This document shows positions 26,786 through 38,893 of a DNA stretch of 64,000 nucleotides, piece after piece. Positions within the stretch are counted from its first letter, which is position 1. Every line of letters begins with the position of its first letter. Origin of the DNA: Bryobacterales bacterium (lineage in GTDB: Bacteria > Acidobacteriota > Terriglobia > Bryobacterales > UBA6623); contig JBBDWJ010000262.1 of the NCBI GenBank assembly GCA_040902925.1, forward strand, positions 12,768-76,767, given 5' to 3'. A model generated the notes under the pieces. The model had not been told where the DNA came from and searched no databases. It was given only the letters and a program-made list of their open reading frames with translations. A program made the translations under genes and the position numbers.

Positions 26786-29581
26786 ATGAAGCAGCCGCTG
26801 GTGGCGCCGCTGACGGCCCTGGCTGCGGGCATTTGGGCGGCGCGCTTCGCGACAATCACCCTTTCGGAAACGCTGTTTTCCGTCTCCTTACTGGCCGCGT
26901 TGGCCCTGGCCGCTCTGCGTCTGCGCGTGTGCGGCGCCGGATTTGCGGCCTGCCTGAGCGGCTTTTTCCTGGCCGGCGCGCTGCTGGCTTCTCTGCCCCG
27001 CCCGGGCGACCCTCTCGACGACCCTGCCCTGATCACCAAGGTCCTGGACCGCGAGCAGGCCGACTTGCGAGACCCGATCCGGCTGCGGGGCTGGGTGCGG
27101 GAACCCCCAGTCGACCTCGGCGATTCCGACCGTTTCGTCCTGGAGGTGGAATCAATTTTTCGCGACACGCCGGTGCGGGGCGGAGTCCGCGTGACGGTGA
27201 ATCGTTTTGCGGACGCGCCGCCGCTGCGGCTCGACTACGGCCAGGGGGTGGAGTTCCTGGCCCGCCTTCGCCTGTTGCGTAACTTCCAGAATCCGGGCAG
27301 CTTTGACTTCGTCGGCTACCAGAACCGGCGGGGAGTTTTCGCGAGCGCCACGGTCCGCGCGGGCGTGCCGATCTTGGCTCCGGACGCCCACGGTTTGGAG
27401 GGCCATATTGTGGGCGGCTCTGCTCTGGGTGGCCCGGTTGTGGGCAGCCCCGTTGTGGGCGGTTACGGCGGCTCGCGGTGGGAGTCGGTGGTCTGGAGGG
27501 CCAGGCTGTGGGCCCGGGAGCGCTTTGCCTGGATCGAAACCTGCTGCCCCAGCCGGGACGGCCGCGGCCCCACGACGGGTCAACGGGACGGGGCGGCTGA
27601 GCAAACCCGTTCCGCCCCGGCGGCGGGCATCCTGCGGGCAATGCTGTTGGGCGAGCGGGAGTCGCTTGACCGTCAGACGACGACGGATTTTCAACGCACC
27701 GGCGCCTATCACGTGCTCGTCATCTCCGGCCTGCACATCGGCCTGCTGGCGTTTGTGCTGCTGCGGGTTTTGCGCCTATTGTGGGTTCCGCGAGGCCTGG
27801 CCGCGGCCCTCACCGTGGTTTTGCTGGCGTTCTACGCGCTCCTGGTTGGCGCCGGGACGCCGGTGCTGCGCGCCGCTTGGATGCTGGCGGCCTATCTCGT
27901 CACTACCTTGGTTTACCGCCAGCGCCGGGCGCTCAATGTGATCGCCGCGACGGCGTTCTTTTTCCTCGTGGCCGACCCGGACCTGCTGTTCGACGCCGGC
28001 TTCCAGTTGTCGTTCCTCGCTGTAGCCCTGATTGCGGGCGTCGCGGTTCCCCTTCTTGATACGACCACCGAGCCGCTTCGGATGGCGCTGCGCGACATCT
28101 GGAATACCGACCGCGACCTGCACTGCGTACCCGTGGTGGCCGGTCATCGGGTCGCTATCCGCACCTGGCTCGAGCCCCTGGCCGTTCTGACAGGTTTGCG
28201 CCGCACCTGGATCAGTTTTCCGGTGACCGCAGGTATGCGGGGGCTGGTTTGGGCCGCCGAGATGGCGGTGGTCTCGCTGATCATCCAGGCGGGTCTGGCG
28301 CTCCCGCTGGTGTTTCACTTTCAGAGATTTTCCGGGAGCGGCGTTTCGGCCAATCTGGCGATCGTGCCCCTTCTGTTTGTGGCCGTCCCGGTAGGCCTGG
28401 CGGCCTTGCTGACGGCGTGGGCGCCGCTTGCCCAAATCGCGCTCTGGGCAGCGGGAGCGATCAGCGCCGTCGTTGAATGGCACGCCAGCCATTTGCCGCT
28501 CGAGATCCGTGTTCCGCCGCCGCCCGTTTGGCTCGCTGTCTGCTTCGGTCTTTCGCTAGTGCTTGTCGTATTTTCGTTGGCGGCGGGGGCATCCACGCCG
28601 GGGTCGTCAGGCGCACCGCCGTCCGGTGCAGTCCGCCGCGGGCAATTGTTGGCCGCCGCCGTCAGCGTCGCGCTGCTTTTCTTACTCGTGTGGCACCCCT
28701 TCCCGCCCGATCTCACCGCCGGGCGAATGGAGCTGTCCATTCTCGACGTCGGCCAAGGCGATTCGCTTTTTGTCGCCTTTCCCGGCGGCCAAACGATGAT
28801 CGTCGATGGCGGCGGGCAGCCGGATTTTCGAGATCCCGGCGACCCCCCAACACGGCGGCAGCCGATCGATATCGGCGAGCTGGTTGTGTCGCCCTATCTT
28901 TGGTCGCGCTCCGTCAAAAGGCTCGACGTTGTCGCCGTGACCCACGCCGACGAAGACCATCTGGGGGGAATCCCCGCCTTGCTGCGCAATTTCGACGTCG
29001 GCGAACTGTGGCTGGGAGAAGCCACCTTCGCGGCGGAGTACGGCGGCATCGTGAATCTCGCGCGGGCGCGGGGGACCAGCCTACGACGCATTCACGAGGG
29101 TCAAAGCGAAGCGCTCGGCGGCGCGCAAATCGAGATTCTCGGACCTTCCCTGCCGCCCGCCGAAAGGCGCAATGACCAATCGCTTGTGTTGCGCCTTCGC
29201 TTTGGGCAGCAAAATTTTCTGTTGACCGGTGATATCGAGCAGGGCCGCGAAGACAGCCTGGCGGCGTCGGGCCGGCTGAGCCCGAGCTCATTCCTCAAGG
29301 TGGCCCACCACGGCAGCCGCAGTTCGTCCCAGCCAGAGTTTCTGCGGCGGGTTCGGCCGCTGTTTGCGATCATTTCCGCCGGGCCCGACAATTTCTATGG
29401 CCACCCTCACCCCGCGGTCATCCAACGGCTGGTCGAGGCGCGGGCGACGGTGCTGCGAACTGACGAAGAAGGCCTGATCTCGGTGGCGACTGACGGACGC
29501 CGCCTGTTCGTCGACACGTTCCGCCGGCGGAGCCTCCGCGGCGCGCCCGCTGGCGAGCTTGCGGTGGCCTCGGGCCGCTAA
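26786..29581 (+). CDS. comEC: DNA internalization-related competence protein ComEC/Rec2
   Basis: 931 aa. A multi-TM competence domain plus a C-terminal metallo-beta-lactamase domain (VTHADEDHLGG, KVAHHGS). Confidence 0.9.
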   Translation: MKQPLVAPLTALAAGIWAARFATITLSETLFSVSLLAALALAALRLRVCGAGFAACLSGFFLAGALLASLPRPGDPLDDPALITKVLDREQADLRDPIRLRGWVREPPVDLGDSDRFVLEVESIFRDTPVRGGVRVTVNRFADAPPLRLDYGQGVEFLARLRLLRNFQNPGSFDFVGYQNRRGVFASATVRAGVPILAPDAHGLEGHIVGGSALGGPVVGSPVVGGYGGSRWESVVWRARLWARERFAWIETCCPSRDGRGPTTGQRDGAAEQTRSAPAAGILRAMLLGERESLDRQTTTDFQRTGAYHVLVISGLHIGLLAFVLLRVLRLLWVPRGLAAALTVVLLAFYALLVGAGTPVLRAAWMLAAYLVTTLVYRQRRALNVIAATAFFFLVADPDLLFDAGFQLSFLAVALIAGVAVPLLDTTTEPLRMALRDIWNTDRDLHCVPVVAGHRVAIRTWLEPLAVLTGLRRTWISFPVTAGMRGLVWAAEMAVVSLIIQAGLALPLVFHFQRFSGSGVSANLAIVPLLFVAVPVGLAALLTAWAPLAQIALWAAGAISAVVEWHASHLPLEIRVPPPPVWLAVCFGLSLVLVVFSLAAGASTPGSSGAPPSGAVRRGQLLAAAVSVALLFLLVWHPFPPDLTAGRMELSILDVGQGDSLFVAFPGGQTMIVDGGGQPDFRDPGDPPTRRQPIDIGELVVSPYLWSRSVKRLDVVAVTHADEDHLGGIPALLRNFDVGELWLGEATFAAEYGGIVNLARARGTSLRRIHEGQSEALGGAQIEILGPSLPPAERRNDQSLVLRLRFGQQNFLLTGDIEQGREDSLAASGRLSPSSFLKVAHHGSRSSSQPEFLRRVRPLFAIISAGPDNFYGHPHPAVIQRLVEARATVLRTDEEGLISVATDGRRLFVDTFRRRSLRGAPAGELAVASGR

Positions 29582-29590
29582 AATGGCCCT

Positions 29591-31396
29591 ATGTCCTGGA
29601 AACGTGTCGTTCTGCTCCCGACGTCCATTCTTGCCCTTCTCCTGCTAGGAACGTGCAGCGCGGGACTCGACCCGCAGCAGCGCGCCGACCAATTCCTGGA
29701 GATGTACAACACTTTGTCGCAACAGCTCTATGCGGTGACCAGTGAGGCTTATTGGAAGGCATCCACTGACGTCAGCGACACGCACACTGGGGAGCGTATC
29801 GGCGCGGAGCAAGCGCTGGCCGCCTTCAGCGGCAGCCGCTACATCATCGAACAGGACCGCAATCTGCTCGAACAGCGAGCCCAGCTCGACGAACTGACGG
29901 TTCGCCAGCTCGAGCAGATACTCCTCTCCGCCGCGGAGTATCCCGGCACCATCCCCGACATCGTCGCGGCCCGCGTCGAGCAGGAAGCCAAGCAAAGCGC
30001 CATTCTCGACGGCTTCGAATTCTGCGCCGACCGGCGCGGCGAGCGCTGCCTCAAGACCATTACGCCGAACGAAATCGACAACATCCTTGTGGAATCGCGC
30101 AACGAAGCCGAACGGCGCAAGATCTGGGAGGTTTCCAAACAAACCGGCCCGGCGCTCAAGCCCGGCCTCATCGAGCTGCGCCGCCTGCGCAACGAACTCG
30201 CGAAAGAAATGGGCCACAGCTCGTTCTTCGGCCTCCAGGTCGCCGATTACCGTATGACGGTCGAGGAAATGATGGAGATGATGGAAGGCTTCAACCGCGA
30301 CCTGAAGCCGCTCTACGAGCAGGTGCACGGCTGGGCCAAATACAAGCTCGCCGAACGTTATAAGCAACCCGTGCCGAAGCGCATCCCGGCGCACTGGATC
30401 GGTAACCGCTGGGCGCAGGCCTGGCCCGGGCTGACCGAGGCCACTGATCTCGACGCGCTGTTCAAGGAAAAATCTCCGGAATGGATCGTCGAGCAGGCCG
30501 AGCGCTTCTACACTTCGCTCGGCATGCCCGAGCTGCCGCAGTCGTTCTGGGATAAATCCGACCTCTACGAGTTGCCGGCGGATGCGAAGCGCAAGAAGAA
30601 CACGCATGCCTCGGCCTGGCACATCGATCTCGACCAGGATGTGCGCTCCCTCATGAGCGTCGAACCCAATTTCCGCTGGTTCCAGACCACCCACCACGAG
30701 CTGGGGCACGTGTACTATTTCCTGGCCTACGCCCGTCCGGAGGTTCCGCTGACGCTGCGCGAGGGCGCCAACCGCGCGTTTCATGAAGCCGTGGGCGACC
30801 TGATCGGCATCGCCGCGCGCCAACCCGCCTATTTGAAGGAAATCGGCGTGCTCGACCCGAACGCGGAGATCGACGAAGTCCAGTGGCTGCTCGACGAAGC
30901 GCTCGACCAGGCTGTGGTCTTCATCCCCTTTTCAGCGGGCACGATGTCGTTCTGGGAGCGTGATCTTTACGAGGAGAATCTCTCGCCCGACGAGTTCAAC
31001 CAGCGCTGGTGGGAATACGCCGCCAAGTACCAGGGAATCGAGCCTCCCGAGCCGCGCGGCGAGGAGTTTTGCGATGCCTGCACCAAGACGCACATCAGCG
31101 ATGACCCGGCGCAATATTACGACTATGCGATGGCGTTCGTCATCAAGTATCAGCTTCACACCTACATCGCCAAGAACATCCTCAAGCAGGACCCGCGCAA
31201 CTGCAATTACTACGGCAACAAGGAAGTGGGCGACTTTTTGTGGGAGATCCTGCGGCTGGGGGCCACCCGCGACTGGAGAGAAGTAATCCGCGAAAAGACC
31301 GGCGAGGAAGTGAGCACACGGGCGATGTTGGAGTACTTTTCGCCGCTGCTGGAGTACCTGAAGAAGGAGAACGAAGGCCGCGATCTGAGCTGGTGA
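29591..31396 (+). CDS. peptidase M2 (angiotensin-converting-enzyme-like peptidyl-dipeptidase), secreted
   Basis: HHELGHVYY ... REGANRAFHEAVGD reproduces the ACE zinc-binding blocks. An N-terminal signal peptide is present. Confidence 0.85.
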   Translation: MSWKRVVLLPTSILALLLLGTCSAGLDPQQRADQFLEMYNTLSQQLYAVTSEAYWKASTDVSDTHTGERIGAEQALAAFSGSRYIIEQDRNLLEQRAQLDELTVRQLEQILLSAAEYPGTIPDIVAARVEQEAKQSAILDGFEFCADRRGERCLKTITPNEIDNILVESRNEAERRKIWEVSKQTGPALKPGLIELRRLRNELAKEMGHSSFFGLQVADYRMTVEEMMEMMEGFNRDLKPLYEQVHGWAKYKLAERYKQPVPKRIPAHWIGNRWAQAWPGLTEATDLDALFKEKSPEWIVEQAERFYTSLGMPELPQSFWDKSDLYELPADAKRKKNTHASAWHIDLDQDVRSLMSVEPNFRWFQTTHHELGHVYYFLAYARPEVPLTLREGANRAFHEAVGDLIGIAARQPAYLKEIGVLDPNAEIDEVQWLLDEALDQAVVFIPFSAGTMSFWERDLYEENLSPDEFNQRWWEYAAKYQGIEPPEPRGEEFCDACTKTHISDDPAQYYDYAMAFVIKYQLHTYIAKNILKQDPRNCNYYGNKEVGDFLWEILRLGATRDWREVIREKTGEEVSTRAMLEYFSPLLEYLKKENEGRDLSW

Positions 31397-31488
31397 GCGG
31401 ATTCCAACTACGCGGCGACGCCTGGTAGTGTGGGCCGATTCGAATTCGTAGCCGGACTCATTCCGGTGCGAGCGTTTACTCGGCCGGA

Positions 31489-31851
31489 CTACAGCCGGCG
31501 ATAGGCGACCTCGCTGAAAGCCACGCCGATACGAAACGACTCGGCGTCGACTTTGCGGCTATACGCCACGATCGCTTTGGCTTTCACTTGCATCGAATAG
31601 TCGGGGCTGCGAAGCTCGCCCGTAATCTCCAGCTCTTCGCCGGGAGCAAAGGCGCGCTCACTTTCCATGCCCAGGCCGCCTTCGCTGAAATCCCACAGTG
31701 TGGCGGTGGTGGTCTGCGGACCCTCGTCGCCGATAAACAGGATTTCCAGCTTTTGAGACCCGTACTCCCGGGTCCGCGGGTGGCGTCGCTTTTCGAGCAA
31801 CTCATCGGGCACGTCGGCCTCAGTGGTGCGGTATATTCCGGTCTCGCTCAT
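31489..31851 (-). CDS. PilZ domain-containing protein
   Basis: RRHPRT ... DFSEGGLG matches the c-di-GMP-binding RxxxR / DxSxxG motifs. The start is ambiguous: ATG 31851, ATG 31881 or GTG 31890. Confidence 0.6.
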   Translation of the reverse strand: MSETGIYRTTEADVPDELLEKRRHPRTREYGSQKLEILFIGDEGPQTTTATLWDFSEGGLGMESERAFAPGEELEITGELRSPDYSMQVKAKAIVAYSRKVDAESFRIGVAFSEVAYRRL

Positions 31852-32235
31852 TGCCAATTCCCTAGGCTTTCGACCGGCCATTGCATTCACGCAATATCGG
31901 CCGGTATCGGTTCAACTGCGTTGCGTTTCCAGGGGAAGCGAACAAGCACGCCGCTTATTCGGGAACGAGGCGAACGCCGACCAGCTTCATTTTGCCTCAT
32001 ACGTCCAGATCTGCCAATTGGGGTTTCCCTGCATGCTCAAGGCAGGTCTATACCTGAGAAGACGGCCTGCCTACGGAACTCGCCAGTCCGGACGCGAACA
32101 GCCGCTAACACTAGAAGAGGCGCTTTTTTGGCCTGGACCGGGACTCCCCGCCGCCAGGGCACACTATAATTGCAACTGGACGGAATCGAGAGCGGAACAC
32201 CCGCTTGACGGGAGTCGGAACTCAGGAGGCTTGTC

Positions 32236-33117
32236 ATGAATCGCCGCGAATTGCTCAAAACACTGCCCGCCGCCGTGCTGGCCCTGCCGGCTGCGGCCGC
32301 CCCGCGCCAAGTGGAAGGGGGTAAGGCCCGCATCAAAACGGCCCTCTGCGCCTACTCGTTCCGGGATGCACTGGGGGCGAACAAGCTGTCCTACGAGGAT
32401 CTCGTGGATATGGCCGTCGAGAACCGCGTTGACGGGCTTGATCTGACGGTCTATTGGTTTCCCAAAGAAAACCTCGACAAGTTCTATAGCTCCCTCCGCC
32501 GCAAGGCGTACGTGTCGGCGGTTGAGATTCCCGCGATCGCCGTTCGCTCGGATCTCTGCCAGCGGAGGGCCAACGACCAGGAGCGCGAAGCCGCCTGGCT
32601 CAACCACTGGGTCGATGCGGCCGAGCGGCTTGGCGCCGGCCACATCCGCATTTTCGGCGGCAACGTTCCCGAGGGCGCCAGCGAAGACGACGCGGCGAAA
32701 TGGGTCACCGAGATTCTCAAGCGCTCCGCCGACTATGCCGGCAGCAAGGGCGTCATCCTGGGCCTCGAGAATCACGGCGGGATTACGCTCTACGCCAAGC
32801 GCATCATTCAGATCGTCGAGGCTGTCGACCATCCCTTTGTCGGCATCAACCTCGACACCGGCAACTTCCGCAGTGATCCGTACGAGCAGATCGAGATGTG
32901 CATCCCCTATGCGGTCAACTCGCAGTACAAGGTGAACATCCGGGAGGGCGAGGGCGGCCGGGAGCAATCCGATTGGGATCGCATCACGAAAATGTTTGCA
33001 TCCGCCGGCTACAAGGGCTATATCTCGCTGGAATACGAAGCGGAAGAAGACCCCTTCACGGCCGTGCCGCGTCACCTGAAGACCATGAACGAGCTGGCGA
33101 AGAAGTATTCGTCGTAG
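32236..33117 (+). CDS. sugar phosphate isomerase/epimerase (xylose isomerase-like TIM barrel) with a TAT signal
   Basis: N-terminus MNRRELLKTLPAAVLALPAAAAP, with TIM-barrel blocks GHIRIFGG, LGLENHGG and INLDTGN. Confidence 0.75.
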   Translation: MNRRELLKTLPAAVLALPAAAAPRQVEGGKARIKTALCAYSFRDALGANKLSYEDLVDMAVENRVDGLDLTVYWFPKENLDKFYSSLRRKAYVSAVEIPAIAVRSDLCQRRANDQEREAAWLNHWVDAAERLGAGHIRIFGGNVPEGASEDDAAKWVTEILKRSADYAGSKGVILGLENHGGITLYAKRIIQIVEAVDHPFVGINLDTGNFRSDPYEQIEMCIPYAVNSQYKVNIREGEGGREQSDWDRITKMFASAGYKGYISLEYEAEEDPFTAVPRHLKTMNELAKKYSS

Positions 33118-33355
33118 TGGATTGGTGGGCGATCGCGCCAGGTGATTCGAAACCCACTCGCCCGGGGTTTTGAAGAGATACCTGCGTATGGGCGCGGTGG
33201 ATTGTCCACGCGTTCACAACCCGTGAACCGCGGCTAACTGGCGTTGATATTTTGAAAAGTGCGGCCCCACCCTTGCGGATGGGGCTCGGATCGCCTGCGG
33301 CGATGAAGGCGGCCATCGGCGCTTTGAGTCGTCCGGATCCGACTCTAGCCCAGGG

Positions 33356-34279
33356 TTAGTGGCCTGCCGCCTCCAGAAATCGCTCCGCCTCGATCGCCGC
33401 CATACAGCCCATGCCCGCCGCCGTCACGGCCTGGCGGTAGACGCGATCCTGAACGTCGCCGGCGTGAAATACTCCCTCCACGTTCGTCCTGGCGCCACCC
33501 TGGGAAATGATGTAGCCCTGCGCGTCGAGCTCGAGCTGCCCGCCGAAGATTTTGGTGTTGGGAATGTGGCCGATGGCTAGAAACAAGGCATCGGTTTTGT
33601 GATCCCACATCTTCTCGCTCTTGATGTCTTGCAGCTTGAGGCTGGTTACCTCGTTCTTGGACACATCTTGGACATCCAAAACTGCCGCGCCGGTGATCCA
33701 TTTGATCTTCTCGTTGGCTCGCGCCCGGTCGAGCATGATCTTCGACGCCCGAAACTCGTCGCGGCGGTGAACGATGGTCACCTCCGAGGCGAATTTGGTC
33801 AGAAACGTGGCCTCCTCCATCGCCGAATCGCCACCGCCGACTACGGTAACCGGTTTGCCGCGAAAAAAGAATCCGTCGCATGTGGCGCAGGAGCTGACGC
33901 CGTGGCCGATGAGCTTCTTTTCGGATTCCAGGCCCAGCCAACGCGCCGACGCTCCGGTGGCGACGATCAGTGTTTTCGTCTCGATCGTCTCCTCGCTCGT
34001 CGACAGCGTGAACGGCCGCTTCGATAGATCCACCTTGATCACTTCGCCTGTCTTGTACTCGGCGCCGAAGCGCTTGCCCTGCTTTTTCATGTTCTCGACG
34101 AGCTCGGGTCCCATGATGCCCTCGGGAAAGCCCGGGAAATTCTCGACTTCGGTGGTCAGGGAAAGCTGGCCGCCGATCTCCAGACCCTCGATGACCAAGG
34201 GATCGAGATTGGCGCGGGCCGTATAGATGGCGGCTGTATTTCCCGCGCATCCCGAACCGAGAATCACGACATTACGCAT
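33356..34279 (-). CDS. trxB: thioredoxin-disulfide reductase
   Basis: GSGCAGNTAA FAD motif, CATCDG redox centre and GGGDSAMEEA NADPH motif. Confidence 0.95.
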   Translation of the reverse strand: MRNVVILGSGCAGNTAAIYTARANLDPLVIEGLEIGGQLSLTTEVENFPGFPEGIMGPELVENMKKQGKRFGAEYKTGEVIKVDLSKRPFTLSTSEETIETKTLIVATGASARWLGLESEKKLIGHGVSSCATCDGFFFRGKPVTVVGGGDSAMEEATFLTKFASEVTIVHRRDEFRASKIMLDRARANEKIKWITGAAVLDVQDVSKNEVTSLKLQDIKSEKMWDHKTDALFLAIGHIPNTKIFGGQLELDAQGYIISQGGARTNVEGVFHAGDVQDRVYRQAVTAAGMGCMAAIEAERFLEAAGH

Positions 34280-34414
34280 GCGGCCAAACTCCTTATCGTC
34301 GCCCAGGAAAACCCCATTGTACGATGCGGGCAGGGGGCGTCCCGGGCCTGGTGGACCCCCGTAACGCCGAGTACGGCCAGCGCCCTGGAACGGCCCTGAA
34401 GCGCGCTAACATAG

Positions 34415-35719
<1,305 letters not shown>

Positions 35720-35759
35720 ACGCGACGCAAGGCAAGGCGAACGCGATAGGAAGGGCGCA

Positions 35760-36320
35760 ATGCCAAACCAACCGTTCACCTGCAGTTTGCGGAGTGGCGC
35801 GGTCAGCGCGAATTCCCCCGTGCATAGCAGCGAATTCGCCACCTCGCCACTCGACCGCCTTCGCATCCTCGAGCTGTACTCCAACGTGGCCATGGTTGGG
35901 CTCTCGTCGAACCCTTACCGCCCCAGCCATTTCGCCGCCATGTATCTGCTGGCCGCGGGCTACAACGTGTTACCCGTAAATCCCGGGGAGGAACGGATTC
36001 TAGGCCGTAAATGCTATCGAAGCCTCAAGGAGATCCCCGGGCCGGTTGAGATTGTCGATATCTTCCGGCCGCCGGAGGCGGTGCCGCCCATCGTCGAAGA
36101 AGCTATCGAGGTCGGCGCCAAAGTGGTCTGGATGCAGTATGAAGTGATCCACTACGAAGCGGCGCGGCGTGCGCGCGAGGCCGGCCTCGAAGTCGTAATG
36201 GATCAATGCATGAAGGTCGAGCATGCCCGCTTTTTCGGGGCGTTGCACACGCTCGGGCTCAACACGGGTGTGATCTCCTCGCGCGCCTGGGATCCGCGCG
36301 CCGGATCGAAGAAACCCTAA
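35760..36320 (+). CDS. CoA-binding domain protein
   Basis: VAMVGLSSNPYRPSHFAAMYLLAAGYNVLPVNP plus VDIFRPPE is the typical CoA_binding_2 pattern. RBS GGAAGGG precedes the ATG. Confidence 0.75.
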   Translation: MPNQPFTCSLRSGAVSANSPVHSSEFATSPLDRLRILELYSNVAMVGLSSNPYRPSHFAAMYLLAAGYNVLPVNPGEERILGRKCYRSLKEIPGPVEIVDIFRPPEAVPPIVEEAIEVGAKVVWMQYEVIHYEAARRAREAGLEVVMDQCMKVEHARFFGALHTLGLNTGVISSRAWDPRAGSKKP

Positions 36321-36348
36321 ACGAACGCGTCAATTCAGCAGAGCCCGC

Positions 36349-37650
36349 CTATAGCCTTGCTTGGAGGTTCTTCATCGCCTGGATCGCCGCCTGCGCCACT
36401 TGAGTGTTGGGGTCCTGACTCAGCTTTTCGAGATAGGGCAGGCTTTCGCGCGTTCCGCTCCAAGCGACCACGGTAGCCAGTTCCCGCTTCTGATCGATGG
36501 TCCCGGTGGTGAGCGGTTCGTATAGCTTCGCCAGCACTTCCGGCTTGCGCGCCAACTCAATCAGAAAAGGCCGCGCTTCGCCGCGGTGAATCGAGGAGTT
36601 CAAGCCATCCACGAGATAGCTGGTGTAGTTCAGATCGCCCAGGTAGACCTGCGCGAACGCCATCGATAGCCGGGCCGACTCGTCCTTCTCGCGGGCGAAG
36701 GCCTCGCTGACGAGCTTGAGGTCGCTTTCCGTGCCGATGCGGCCGATACCCTCCGCCGCGGCGGCTCGAATGTCATCGTCGCGATCACGCAGATAGAGGC
36801 GGAAGAGCTCTTCCTGGCCGTTGTTGGGGAGCTTGGCTAAGGCGACCAGGGCTTCCCGGCGCAGCTTCTTGTCGTCGTTGGTTTTCACGATCCCGACAAG
36901 TTCCGGAACCGCCTCGTTCACCTGCAACTGGCCCATCGCCTGCGTGACGCTGAGCTTAACGTCCTTATCGAGGTCGCGAAGCAGAAAGACCATCGACGGC
37001 CCGGCGCTGGTATCGCCGATCTTTTTCAGGGCATGCACAGACTCCAGGATGAGAGTCGTGTTCTTGGAAAGCAGCGCCTCCTGCAGTTGAGGCACGGCTC
37101 CTTTGCCGCGCAGAATGCCGGCCGCCCGCGCGGCGTTCGCGCGTGAGTCCATGCTCGAGCCGCCGACCACGATACGGCCGATGGTGTTGACTACTTCGGC
37201 ATTCACCTGCACGTAGGGGTCAATGATCACGGGTTCCGGGCGCGAGAAACGGCTCTTGATATTCCCGGCGAAATCCTTGACCGAGTTCAGCCAGCCGGTT
37301 TTGACGTAGCCATATTGATAGAAGTTGACCAAGCCGTCCACGGCGACCACCTGCATTTCCGGGGACGCATCGCGAGTGGCGGACATCAACGGCTCGAGGC
37401 TGTCTTGGGTGCCGATCTGCGTGATCGCGGAAACAGCTTCGAGACGCACGTCGAGCACTGGGTCCTTCAGAACCTTCGCCAGCTCGGGAATGAAGCGCGC
37501 CTCCTTGGTGTCGGCGAGCTGCTTGATGGCGCGAATACGCTGCTTGGGCTGCGGATCCGAGAGGCCTTCCACCTGCGCGTACGCCACGATGGGCGAAAAC
37601 GTCAGCAGCATCAAGAAAGCGGTTGTGGAGGTGGGGGAGAAAAATTTCAT
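36349..37650 (-). CDS. HEAT-repeat protein, secreted
   Basis: I chose the start at MKFFSP with its signal peptide. Repeated ...R..A..ALG.IG... HEAT-like units run throughout. Confidence 0.65.
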   Translation of the reverse strand: MKFFSPTSTTAFLMLLTFSPIVAYAQVEGLSDPQPKQRIRAIKQLADTKEARFIPELAKVLKDPVLDVRLEAVSAITQIGTQDSLEPLMSATRDASPEMQVVAVDGLVNFYQYGYVKTGWLNSVKDFAGNIKSRFSRPEPVIIDPYVQVNAEVVNTIGRIVVGGSSMDSRANAARAAGILRGKGAVPQLQEALLSKNTTLILESVHALKKIGDTSAGPSMVFLLRDLDKDVKLSVTQAMGQLQVNEAVPELVGIVKTNDDKKLRREALVALAKLPNNGQEELFRLYLRDRDDDIRAAAAEGIGRIGTESDLKLVSEAFAREKDESARLSMAFAQVYLGDLNYTSYLVDGLNSSIHRGEARPFLIELARKPEVLAKLYEPLTTGTIDQKRELATVVAWSGTRESLPYLEKLSQDPNTQVAQAAIQAMKNLQARL

Positions 37651-37755
37651 GACGGCACAATCCTCTGAGGCGCCACGGGGCCGCCAAGGCATTCCTATCA
37701 TTATAGGAACTTGGCTCTGAAGCGTGGCTGGATCGGGCAGAAAGCGAATCGTGGC

Positions 37756-38595
37756 TCAGACGTACTCGAGCGTGATGCGGTCGGGGATCAAGCCGGCCTG
37801 GTAGCCCATCTCCAGTAGTTTTTGCGCCGACTGCAGGACTTCCGGATGCATCTCGGTGGTGTGGTGATTCACGTACATGCCGACGAATTTTTCGGCGGAC
37901 TCGCGGTCGAGACCGCGCGAAAACTCCATCGCGTAGCTCAGGGCTTCCTCGCGGTGGTCGAGTGCGTACTGGATGCTCTGCGCCAGTCTTTGCCGGGCCT
38001 CGGCTTGGATTTCAGGGTCCAGCGAGCGCAGCACCGCATTGGCCCCCAGAGGCAGTGGGAGGTTGTGCTCTTTTTTCCACCACGCCCCCAGGTCGAGCAC
38101 CCGGTGAAGCCCTGACTGGTAGTAGCTGAGCTGCCCTTCGTGAATGATCAGCCCGGCGTCGACGGTTCCCTTGGCCACGGCGTCCAGAATCTTGTCGAAA
38201 GGAAGTACTAGCGGTTCGAAATCGGGCTGATAGAGCCGCAGCGCCAGATAGGCGGTCGTGAGCAAGCCCGGGACGGCGATGGTCTTGCCCTTTAGATCCG
38301 CGGGTGACAGGACGCCTTTGGACACGACGATCGGCCCATAGCCGTCTCCGACGCTCGAACCGGCAGCCGTGAGAATGTAGTGCTCGGCGACGTAGGGATA
38401 GGCATGGTAGGAAATCGCCGTCATCTCGTAGCGGCCTTCCATAGCCGCCGCGTTGAGAGACTGGATATCGTCGAGAATGTGATGGAAACGGACCAGCGGG
38501 GAACGGACTCTGCCCGTCGCCAAGGCGTAGAACATGAAGGCGTCATCAGCATCCGGGCTGTGCGCAATGTTGACGGTGTGCTGCGGCGTTTCCAT
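37756..38595 (-). CDS. MqnA/MqnD-family (futalosine-pathway menaquinone biosynthesis) protein
   Basis: VNIAHSPDADDAFMFYAL is the family signature. The start at METPQ has GGAG upstream. Confidence 0.7.
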   Translation of the reverse strand: METPQHTVNIAHSPDADDAFMFYALATGRVRSPLVRFHHILDDIQSLNAAAMEGRYEMTAISYHAYPYVAEHYILTAAGSSVGDGYGPIVVSKGVLSPADLKGKTIAVPGLLTTAYLALRLYQPDFEPLVLPFDKILDAVAKGTVDAGLIIHEGQLSYYQSGLHRVLDLGAWWKKEHNLPLPLGANAVLRSLDPEIQAEARQRLAQSIQYALDHREEALSYAMEFSRGLDRESAEKFVGMYVNHHTTEMHPEVLQSAQKLLEMGYQAGLIPDRITLEYV

Positions 38596-38893
38596 GCGAG
38601 ACTCCAGCCCCGGAGGACACTTCACCACCAACACCGGCCGTGTTTGAGTCGATCACCAGTCCAGGCGCACGGGGCCCGTGATAGCGACCAATTCCGGGCT
38701 GTGCCCCGGAAGCGGAACAGCAGTGGCGGGCAGGCTTCCCCCCGAGGAAGCAAGACATCTACTGTAGCAGAATGGCCGGGAATACTCGTGTATCTTGAAG
38801 AAGCGGGAAGCAAGCGGGTCGGCGCGCCCAGCCGAGGCTTTGAGCCTGCCGGGGCGAACCTTTTACCCCTCGTTTGAGTAAGGAGCGACCCAT

